From contig JBJMQD010000389.1 of assembly GCA_045802855.1 (NCBI GenBank), positions 1 through 50,084 of the forward strand: a DNA stretch of 50,084 bases. The letters run 5' to 3'. The notes under the pieces were generated by a model that did not search any database, was not told where the DNA came from, and saw only the letters and a program-made list of their open reading frames with translations. The position numbers and the translations under genes are program-made. Positions 20,553 to 28,014 of this stretch are shown here, piece by piece (position 1 is the first letter of the stretch; each line of letters begins with the position of its first letter). Source of the stretch: Myxococcales bacterium. GTDB taxonomy: Bacteria > Myxococcota > Myxococcia > Myxococcales > 40CM-4-68-19.

Positions 20553-21006
20553 CCTGGTTCTCGCCGCCGCTTGCGGCTACACGGCGGCGCGGTCCGGCGC
20601 GTCGCACTTGCGCGTCTCGGCGTTCCGCAACGACACCGCGCAGGTGGAAGTGGCGGGACTCTTCGCCTCGGCGCTGCGAGAGGAAGTCGAGGCCCGGGGA
20701 CGGCTCAGCGAGAGCGAGGGGCCGCTCCTTTCGGGCGAGCTCCTCGCCGTCCGCAGCGGCCCGAGCGCGATCAATGCCGCGGGCGCGCTTGCTTTCCGCC
20801 TCGATGCGGACGTGATCCTCCGCGTCGTCGAGCCGGCGGGAAACGTCTCGTACGAGGACCGCGCCACGTTCGGCGAGGACTACCTGGTCGGGGTCGACGT
20901 GCTCGGGACCGAGGCGAATCGCCGGGCCGCGCTGCGGCGGCTCGCCAAAGCGGCGTCGCGGGAGCTGATGACCCGGTACGAGATCGCCGGCCGGATGCGG
21001 CGGTAG
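20398..21006 (+). CDS. lptE: LPS assembly lipoprotein LptE-like (start at the ATG of unit 1, 2 or 3: 20398, 20452 or 20506)
   Basis: Lipobox LAAACGY, F.N.T motif, C-terminal EANRRAALRRLA helix, position immediately after leuS. Confidence 0.7.
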   Translation: MLRPSASARRGQSALLLRMLRPSASARRGQSALLFRMLRPSASARRGQSPLLLVLAAACGYTAARSGASHLRVSAFRNDTAQVEVAGLFASALREEVEARGRLSESEGPLLSGELLAVRSGPSAINAAGALAFRLDADVILRVVEPAGNVSYEDRATFGEDYLVGVDVLGTEANRRAALRRLAKAASRELMTRYEIAGRMRR

Positions 21007-21042
21007 CGGGCCCCGCCAGAGGCCGCCCTCGGCGAGGGAGCA

Positions 21043-21324
21043 CTACTCGGTGGCAGCTGCCGTCGCCGCCGGCTTGGCCGATTTGGAGAGGCGAGCGATG
21101 CGCCGCGAGGCCTGCGCCTTGTGGATGACGCCTTTCGACGCCGCCTTCGAGATGGCGCGGATCGCGGAGACGAGCTCCGTCTTCGTCTTCGCGGCGTCAC
21201 CGGAAGCGAGCGCCTCGCGGAACTTGCGCACCTGCGTCCGCACGGCGGAGGTGATGCCCTGGTTGCGAGCGCGATGCTTGTGCGCCTGCCGATTCTGCTT
21301 CTCCGCCGACTTCGTGTTGGCCAC
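21043..21324 (-). CDS. rpsT: 30S ribosomal protein S20
   Basis: ANTKSAEK..RQ...R.RN, KAASKGVIHK..ASRR.ARL; GTG start at 21324. Confidence 0.97.
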   Translation of the reverse strand: MANTKSAEKQNRQAHKHRARNQGITSAVRTQVRKFREALASGDAAKTKTELVSAIRAISKAASKGVIHKAQASRRIARLSKSAKPAATAAATE

Positions 21325-21350
21325 TCTGAGACCTCGTTTCGAGGGCGGCG

Positions 21351-21379
21351 TGCGTAGCACCCGCCCAATCGACTGTCAA
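21351..21379 (-). promoter_or_regulatory. Sigma70 promoter of rpsT
   Basis: TTGACA-N17-TACGCA with an extended TG. Confidence 0.65.
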
Positions 21380-21548
21380 ACGCCGCGAATCCACACGTTG
21401 TCCACGTCGGGCGAACGCTCCGATCGCGGACCGGGCCTCGGCGCCGAATGTGGCGAACGAATTCCTCAGTTCGCAAACGCCGATGATTACAGGCTCGTTT
21501 TTCAGTTCTGAAAAGCACTTTAGCCAGGGAGCGACCGTGGCGTCCTGA

Positions 21549-21568
21549 GGGGTGCACGATTGCACCCC
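21549..21568. terminator. Hairpin downstream of mazG, possible terminator or operator
   Basis: GGGGTGCA-cgat-TGCACCCC perfect 8-bp stem; no U tract. Confidence 0.3.
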
Positions 21569-21621
21569 CTCCGAATCCACAGGCCGTCCACAGGGTGGTC
21601 CGGAGATGGCAAACGCCCGCA

Positions 21622-22431
21622 TCAGGAGGAGCGCTCGCGCGATTTCGCCTCGTTCCAGTAGCCGTCCATCTCCTCGAGCGTGCTCTCGCGCGGAGTCCGG
21701 CCTTGGTCGCGAAGTCGATCCTCGATGTGGTGGAAGCGCGACTCGAATCGCCGCACCGCAGCGCGGAGCGCCTCCTCGGGGTGGACCTTCACGAAGCGCC
21801 CGAGGTTCGCGAGCGCGAAGAGGAGATCGCCGAGCTCGTGCTCCACCTCGTCTTGCCGGGCGCCGCCCATCGCCTCCGTAAGCTCCGAGAGCTCCTCGCG
21901 CACCTTGGCGAGGACTCCCTCGACGTCCGGCCAATCGAATCCGACCGCCGCGGCCTTCTCGGTGATGCGCTCCGCCCGGACGAGAGCTGGAAGTCCGACG
22001 GGCACTCCGCCGATGGCGCTCCGCGGCGCCTCGCCCTTCGCCTTGCGTTCGTCGGCCTTGATCCGCTCCCAGTTCTTCACCACCTCGCGCGACCCGGAGA
22101 CGCTCACGTCGCCGAAGACGTGCGGGTGCCGGCGGGTCAGCTTCTCGGCGATGCTGTCGCACACGGAAGCGAAGTCGAACTTCCCTTCCTCGCGGGCGAT
22201 GCGGGACTGGAAGACGACCTGGAACAGCAGATCGCCGAGCTCCTCGCGATGGTGGGGCGCGTCCCCCGCCTCGATGGCCTCGATGACCTCGTGCGCCTCC
22301 TCGAGAAGATAGGGCGTGAGCGACCGGAGGGTCTGCTCGCGGTCCCACGGGCATCCTCCCGGATCGCGGAGCTTGTCCATGATGTCGAGGAGCCGCCCGA
22401 TGGCGGCCTGCGCCGCCTCTTGGTGTGCCAT
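21622..22431 (-). CDS. mazG: Nucleoside triphosphate pyrophosphohydrolase MazG
   Basis: LR.PGGCPWDREQT, EELGDLLFQVVF, RRHPHVFG, GFDW, ELGDLLF. Confidence 0.96.
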   Translation of the reverse strand: MAHQEAAQAAIGRLLDIMDKLRDPGGCPWDREQTLRSLTPYLLEEAHEVIEAIEAGDAPHHREELGDLLFQVVFQSRIAREEGKFDFASVCDSIAEKLTRRHPHVFGDVSVSGSREVVKNWERIKADERKAKGEAPRSAIGGVPVGLPALVRAERITEKAAAVGFDWPDVEGVLAKVREELSELTEAMGGARQDEVEHELGDLLFALANLGRFVKVHPEEALRAAVRRFESRFHHIEDRLRDQGRTPRESTLEEMDGYWNEAKSRERSS

Positions 22432-22516
22432 GAGGTGCCGGGGTGTACCACAGCAGCCCCTCGCAATCCGGCCAGATTCCTTGGTCGTGCAGTCCGCGCT
22501 CCTCTAGGATGGGGCG

Positions 22517-24469
22517 GTGACCATCCCCCGGCCCACGCCGCTTGCTGCGCTCGCCGCCGCGCTCCTCGCGTTGGCTCAGGGGGCGCCCGCGCAGGAGGGC
22601 CGCCCCGAGGCGCCAGCGCAACCAGCGGCGCCGTCCGGGCAGGCGATCGCGCTCCCGCAGCAGAAGAGCGCGGACCTGAACGCGCACTGGGCGCTCCGGC
22701 GGGACTACCTGCGCGACCGCGACGAGCGACGCGCCGAGGACGAAGAGCGGCGGGTGCGCCAGATCAAGGACGACCTCGCGCTCGAGAACCTGTTCGCCAT
22801 CGGCGCGGCGCTGGTGCGGGAGAGCCACGATGCGCTCGCGGCCGACTCGCCGGCGCTGGCGTTGAAGCTGTGCAACCTGGCCGTCGAGCTTGCACCGGCC
22901 CTCCGCGACGCCCACACCTGCGTCGCGCGGGCCGCGCTCGCCGACGATCCCACCGCCGTCGGCCTCGCCGCGACGCAGACGATCGCCGCCGTCCGCGCGG
23001 CGATTGCCGATCCGCGGGAGAGCCGCGCGTTTCTGGCGAATACCGGAAGCGTGGTCTTCCTCGGCATCCTCGCCGCGGGCGCCGCGTTCGTGCTCCTTCT
23101 CTTCCTGCGCTACGCGAGGCTCTACGCCCACGACGTGTTCCATCTCTTTCCGGCCGGAGCGCGCAGGTGGCAGACCGCGATCCTCGCGGCCATCCTCATC
23201 GCCGCCCCTTTTCTGCTCCATCTCGGCATCGCTCCCGTCCTCTTCGCCATGCTGGTCGCCTGCGCCCTGTACGCCGGTACGGCAGAGGTGATCGTTTCGC
23301 TCCTGCTCCTCGCCGCCGTCGCGGCGGCGCCGGCCGCAGGCGCCGCGCTCGCGAGGCTCGGCGCGTTCGCGGGTCCGGCGTCCGACGCGTATCTGGTCGA
23401 GCACGGCGAAGGGACTCCGCGGCAGATCGCGCGGCTGTCGGCGCGCATCGCGACGGGAAAGCCCGACATGGCGGCGGCGTTCGTGCTGGCCCACAAGTCG
23501 AAGCGGGAGGGCGATCTGGCCGAGGCGGCGGCCCTCTACCAGAAGGCGCTCGAGGCTGCCCCGCAGGATGCGTCCCCCCGGGCGCTGGCGGCTCTGCACA
23601 ACAATCTCGGCAACGTCTATTTCCTCGCCCACGATTCGCAGAACGCAGAGCGCGAATACCTGGAGGCCATCGACCTTCAGGAAAGCCTGGCCGCCCCGCA
23701 CTTCAACCTGAGCCGGGCTCTCGGGGATCGCGGGACCGCGGCGCTCGACAAGGTGCGGTCGGAGCAGGCGAGGGCGGTCGAGCTCGACCGGGCGGCAGTC
23801 GACTCCTTCACCTCGGGTCAGCTGGGAACGCGCAAGGCGAACAAGGCCGTCATGGATGTCAGCCTCGATCCTGCGACGCTCGATTCCCTCGTCGCCGCCG
23901 ACTCCAATGCCGCCGTGCCGATCGCCGAAGAGCTGCGGGTCCTGCTCGGCGGCCGGTTTGCGCAGATCCTGCCCATCGCCGTCGCCTTCCTCGTCCTCTT
24001 GCTCCACGTTACCCGCAGCCGGATCCGGCCGAGCAGCCGCTGCGATCGCTGCGGCCGCGAGGTCTGCAGGCGCTGCGACGCGGATGCCCGGCCGAGCGAA
24101 GCGCTCTGCGCCCAGTGCGTGAACGTCTTCGTGCGCAGGACGGGGGTCGATCCAGCGGAGCGGGCGCGCAAGCAGACCTCGGTCGAGCGCTACCACCGCC
24201 GGAAGGCAATCCTCGTGAAGCTCTCGAACGTCCTCTCCGGCGCAGGGCACGTCCTTCTCGGGTATCCCGTCCGGGGCCTTGTGTTCCTGCTGCTGACGGG
24301 GTGCCTGGTGGCGAGCGTGGTGCTGTTCCACGGTCTCGCACATGCGCCGAATCCGGTCCGGAGCGGCGTCTCGATGTTCCGCGTCGGCCTCACCGTCGCG
24401 GCGTTCCTTCTCACCTACGGGCTCTGCTTCCGCGACATCGCCTCGCGCAGCCGGCAGGAGACCGCGTAG
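22517..24469 (+). CDS. Membrane protein with TPR repeats and a C-terminal Cys cluster
   Basis: Signal peptide, several TM helices, TPR (ALHNNLGNVYF, HFNLSRAL), CxxC-x3-CxxC...CxxC. Confidence 0.75.
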   Translation: MTIPRPTPLAALAAALLALAQGAPAQEGRPEAPAQPAAPSGQAIALPQQKSADLNAHWALRRDYLRDRDERRAEDEERRVRQIKDDLALENLFAIGAALVRESHDALAADSPALALKLCNLAVELAPALRDAHTCVARAALADDPTAVGLAATQTIAAVRAAIADPRESRAFLANTGSVVFLGILAAGAAFVLLLFLRYARLYAHDVFHLFPAGARRWQTAILAAILIAAPFLLHLGIAPVLFAMLVACALYAGTAEVIVSLLLLAAVAAAPAAGAALARLGAFAGPASDAYLVEHGEGTPRQIARLSARIATGKPDMAAAFVLAHKSKREGDLAEAAALYQKALEAAPQDASPRALAALHNNLGNVYFLAHDSQNAEREYLEAIDLQESLAAPHFNLSRALGDRGTAALDKVRSEQARAVELDRAAVDSFTSGQLGTRKANKAVMDVSLDPATLDSLVAADSNAAVPIAEELRVLLGGRFAQILPIAVAFLVLLLHVTRSRIRPSSRCDRCGREVCRRCDADARPSEALCAQCVNVFVRRTGVDPAERARKQTSVERYHRRKAILVKLSNVLSGAGHVLLGYPVRGLVFLLLTGCLVASVVLFHGLAHAPNPVRSGVSMFRVGLTVAAFLLTYGLCFRDIASRSRQETA

Positions 24470-25576
24470 ATGGCTCTCTCCGGGACCCTCAAGGACTTCG
24501 GCATCGCCGACATCCTGCAGCTCATCGGGCATCAGACGAAGACGGGGAAGCTCGTCCTCAAGAACGGGTCCGAGGAAGTCGACGTGCTCTTCGTCGAAGG
24601 GAACGTCGTCTTCGCCACGGACAACTCGCGGCCGAAGGAGTCGCTCCTCGGCAACATGCTCCTTCGCGCCGAGATCCTCCCCGAGGAGAAGCTCGAAGAG
24701 GCGCTCGTCGTGCAGCGGCGGTCCCTCAAGCGCCTCGGCGACGTGCTCCTCGAGCACAACTATCTCGCCGCCGACGACCTCGCCCAGATCATGCGGCTGC
24801 AGACCACGGAGACGCTCTACAAGCTCTTCTCCTGGAAGAGCGGCACCTATGAATTCGAGCAGGAGGAGCTGGAGGGATTCAAGAGCGGATTCGAGCCCGT
24901 GCGGGCGGAGTCCGTTCTCCTCGAAGGCTTCCGCCGCATGGACGAGTGGCCCGCCGTCCGCAAGAAGCTCCCCTGGCCCGACGCGACGTTCACCAAGCAG
25001 AAGGACCTCCCCGACGCGGTGCCGGATGCGCGCGAGCGGGACGGCGAACCCGGCGAGCGGCACCGGAAGATCTACCGGCTCGCCGTCGAAGGTCGCCCCG
25101 CGAGCAACATTGCTGACGTCTCCCGCGCGGGCGAGTTCGAGACCTGGAAGGCGCTCGTCGAGCTTTGCGACTGGGGCTACCTGGAGGCGGTCCGCCCCGC
25201 CGGGAAGACCGAAGCGATCGCCGCCGCACGCAAGCCGGCGAGAAGCGGGGCGCTCGTCCGACTGGCCGTGGCGACGGCTGCCTTCTGCGCCACCATCCTC
25301 CTCGTCCACCTCGCCATTCCGGCGCTGGGAGCGGCTCGCGGCGAGCAGTCCGCGGGGCGAGGCGCCGTGCTCCGGCTCCTCGCCCAGGACCAGATCCTCC
25401 GCCTGGAGAGCGCGCTCGAGGTGTACAGGGTCGAACACGGCGAGTACCCGGCGTCCCTGCCGGCGCTCGTCGACGGACAGCTCGTCACGGCCCGCGACGT
25501 GAGCTATCCGTTCCGGGATCCCTACCAGTACCGGCGGACCCCACAAGGGTTTGTCTTGCTGCCGCCCCTCGATTAA
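24470..25576 (+). CDS. DUF4388 domain protein with MshEN-like repeats, one TM and a pseudopilin-like C-terminus
   Basis: MALSGTLKDFGIADILQLI...KTGKL; LG..LL....L....L..AL..Q / RLGDVL...L...L...Q; F.W..G.YEF; C-terminal ALEVYRVEHGEYP.SL..LV. Confidence 0.8.
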   Translation: MALSGTLKDFGIADILQLIGHQTKTGKLVLKNGSEEVDVLFVEGNVVFATDNSRPKESLLGNMLLRAEILPEEKLEEALVVQRRSLKRLGDVLLEHNYLAADDLAQIMRLQTTETLYKLFSWKSGTYEFEQEELEGFKSGFEPVRAESVLLEGFRRMDEWPAVRKKLPWPDATFTKQKDLPDAVPDARERDGEPGERHRKIYRLAVEGRPASNIADVSRAGEFETWKALVELCDWGYLEAVRPAGKTEAIAAARKPARSGALVRLAVATAAFCATILLVHLAIPALGAARGEQSAGRGAVLRLLAQDQILRLESALEVYRVEHGEYPASLPALVDGQLVTARDVSYPFRDPYQYRRTPQGFVLLPPLD

Positions 25577-25589
25577 GTATCGACCCTCC

Positions 25590-26615
25590 ATGGCGGAGCC
25601 CTCGGCGCGGCTGGAGCTCACCGACAACGAAGGCGCGAGGGCCCTTGCTGGGGGCAGAAGCGAGAATCTCCGCCTGATCGAGCGGCGGCTCTCGGTCCAC
25701 ATCGGACAGCGCGGAAACGTCTTCCTGATCTCGGGCGATCCCGCCCGCGTACAGCTTGCCGAGCGCCTGCTCGCGCAGCTCAACGCGCTGGTGGAGAAGA
25801 AGTACCCGCTCGGGCTCGAGGACGTCGAGCAGGCGACGAAGGTCCTGATGGCGGACCCGGAAGCCGACCTGCGCGAGATCTTTCTCGACACCATCTACGT
25901 CACGAGCCGCAACAGGCCGGTCACGCCCAAGGGTTTCGCGCAGAAGTCGTACATCGACGCCATCCGCAAGTTCGACATCGTCTTCGGGATCGGACCCGCC
26001 GGGACGGGCAAGACGTATCTCGCCATGGCGATGGCGGTAGCGGCGCTGGTGGAGAGGCGCGTGAAGCGCATCGTCCTCTGCCGGCCCGCGGTCGAGGCGG
26101 GGGAGAAGCTAGGCTTCCTGCCCGGCGATCTCGCCGAGAAGGTGAGTCCTTATCTGCGCCCGCTCTACGACGCGCTTCACGACCTGATGGAGATGGACCG
26201 CGCCCAGGACCTGCTCGACCGGGGAACGGTCGAAGTCGCGCCGCTCGCGTTCATGCGCGGACGCACCCTCAACGACTCTTTCGTCATCCTCGACGAGGCG
26301 CAGAACACCACGACCGAGCAGATGAAGATGTTCCTCACCCGCCTTGGCTTCGGATCGAAGGCCGTCGTCACGGGCGACAGAACCCAGATCGACCTCCCGG
26401 TAGGAAAGGCGTCGGGCATGAACGAGGCCCGTGAAATCCTCAAGGATGTCGAGGGGATCCGGTTCATCGAGTTCACCGATCGCGATGTCGTCCGGCACCC
26501 GCTCGTGCAGGAAGTCGTCCGCGCCTACGAGGCGAACGCGGCGCGAGTCGCGGCCGCGCGCCTCGCGCAAGCCGAACGACAGGACGCCGGTATGCCGCCT
26601 CCGACACCCAAGTAG
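25590..26615 (+). CDS. phoH: PhoH family ATPase (YbeZ-like)
   Basis: GPAGTGKTYLA, RPAVEAGEKLGFLPGD, AFMRGRTL, ILDEAQN, RHPLV. Confidence 0.96.
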   Translation: MAEPSARLELTDNEGARALAGGRSENLRLIERRLSVHIGQRGNVFLISGDPARVQLAERLLAQLNALVEKKYPLGLEDVEQATKVLMADPEADLREIFLDTIYVTSRNRPVTPKGFAQKSYIDAIRKFDIVFGIGPAGTGKTYLAMAMAVAALVERRVKRIVLCRPAVEAGEKLGFLPGDLAEKVSPYLRPLYDALHDLMEMDRAQDLLDRGTVEVAPLAFMRGRTLNDSFVILDEAQNTTTEQMKMFLTRLGFGSKAVVTGDRTQIDLPVGKASGMNEAREILKDVEGIRFIEFTDRDVVRHPLVQEVVRAYEANAARVAAARLAQAERQDAGMPPPTPK

Positions 26616-26627
26616 ACAGGAGCTCCC

Positions 26628-27956
26628 ATGTTCCAGCTAGTGGCGTCGCTCGTGCTCGCCGCGACGGCGGCACATCCGGAAGGCCTGCCGTTCATCGAGG
26701 ACGATTATCAGGCGGCCGCCGCCCGCGCGAAGAGCGAGCACAAGCCGATCGTCTCCGATACCTGGGCGACCTGGTGCCATACCTGCTTGTCGATGAAGCG
26801 CTACGTCTTTCCGGATCCCGGCTTGCGTCCGGTGAAGGACGCCGCGGTGTGGCTCTCGATCGACAGCGAGAATCCGAAGAACAAGGAGTTCCTCGACAAG
26901 TTCCCGCTCGACGCCTGGCCGACCTTCCTCGTCATCGACCCGGACGATGGGTCGGTGCTCGGGCGCTGGGTCGGCTCGGCCACGCCGAACGAGTTCCGCT
27001 CCTTCGTGCAGAAAGGCGTCGAGGCGCTGCACGGGAAGGCGAACACCTCGCCGGCGGAGACCCTGATGCGCAAAGGGTACGAGGCGCGGGGGCAGCGCGA
27101 TTACGCCGCTGCAGCGGCCGCGTACGGGGAGGCGCTGGACGTAACGCCCAAGGGTGATCCGGCGCGACCGGAACGGCTCGTCCTGCTCGCCTCCGCGCTC
27201 GCGAAGGAGAAGAACGAGGAGTCCGCGCGCAAGTGCGTCGCCCTGGGGCTCGCCGAGATGAACGCGACCGGCAATTCGGCCGTCGCGACTGACTTCGCGG
27301 CAGTCGTGTCGGGATGCGCCGACGCGCTGCCGAAGGACGATCCGCAGGCGGCGCAGCTCCGGAGCGCGAGCCAGCGCCGGATCGAGGCGCTCCTCAAGGA
27401 TCGGGAAGCGCCGCTCTCGGTCGACGATCGCAGCGACGCCATGGCGAGCCTGGTCGAGATCTACGACGAGGCCGGCCGCCACAAGGAGGCGGTGGCGATC
27501 GCGCGCAAGCGCGTCGCGCTCCTCGAAGGCGCCGCGAAGAAGGCTCCCGACCAGACCATGGCCTCGACCTTCGACGCCCATCGCGTGGACGCTTATCTGT
27601 ACCTGGGCGAGCCGAAGAAGGCGGAGGCGCTCCTTTCCGAGCGCGAGCGGCAGATGCCGGGCGACTACAATCCGCCGGCGCGGCTCGCCCGCGTCTACTT
27701 CGAGCAGAAGAAGCTTCCCGAAGCCGAGAAGTCCGTGGACCGCGCTCTCGGGAAGATGACCCGCGGCCAGCGGCAGATCAGCGTGCTCGGGCTCAAGGCG
27801 AAGATCCTCGCCGCTCAAGGCAAGCCGACGGGCGACGTGATCCGCGAGCAGCTCGCCATCTTCCGCGAGCTGCCCCAGACGCAGCAGAACCCGGATACCG
27901 AGCGGTCGTTGACGAAGGCGCTCGCCGAGGCCGAGAAGACGGCGGCATCTCGCTAG
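26628..27956 (+). CDS. Exported thioredoxin-fold (CxxC) plus TPR protein
   Basis: Signal peptide, WATWCHTC, cis-Pro-like WPT, helical TPR-like C-terminus; AGGAG RBS. Confidence 0.8.
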   Translation: MFQLVASLVLAATAAHPEGLPFIEDDYQAAAARAKSEHKPIVSDTWATWCHTCLSMKRYVFPDPGLRPVKDAAVWLSIDSENPKNKEFLDKFPLDAWPTFLVIDPDDGSVLGRWVGSATPNEFRSFVQKGVEALHGKANTSPAETLMRKGYEARGQRDYAAAAAAYGEALDVTPKGDPARPERLVLLASALAKEKNEESARKCVALGLAEMNATGNSAVATDFAAVVSGCADALPKDDPQAAQLRSASQRRIEALLKDREAPLSVDDRSDAMASLVEIYDEAGRHKEAVAIARKRVALLEGAAKKAPDQTMASTFDAHRVDAYLYLGEPKKAEALLSERERQMPGDYNPPARLARVYFEQKKLPEAEKSVDRALGKMTRGQRQISVLGLKAKILAAQGKPTGDVIREQLAIFRELPQTQQNPDTERSLTKALAEAEKTAASR

Positions 27957-28014
27957 CGGCGCGGCTTTTTCGCGCCTTTGCGAAGGCGGCGCCGCCGCCG
28001 GTGATACACTGCGC

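Noticed and set aside
21197-25894. 1565-aa minus-strand ORF (likewise 27793-30861, 37188-39698, 39711-42134 and similar)
   Set aside because: Shadow or alternate-frame ORFs overlapping well-supported genes; expected from high-GC codon bias; Arg/Gly-rich with no motifs.
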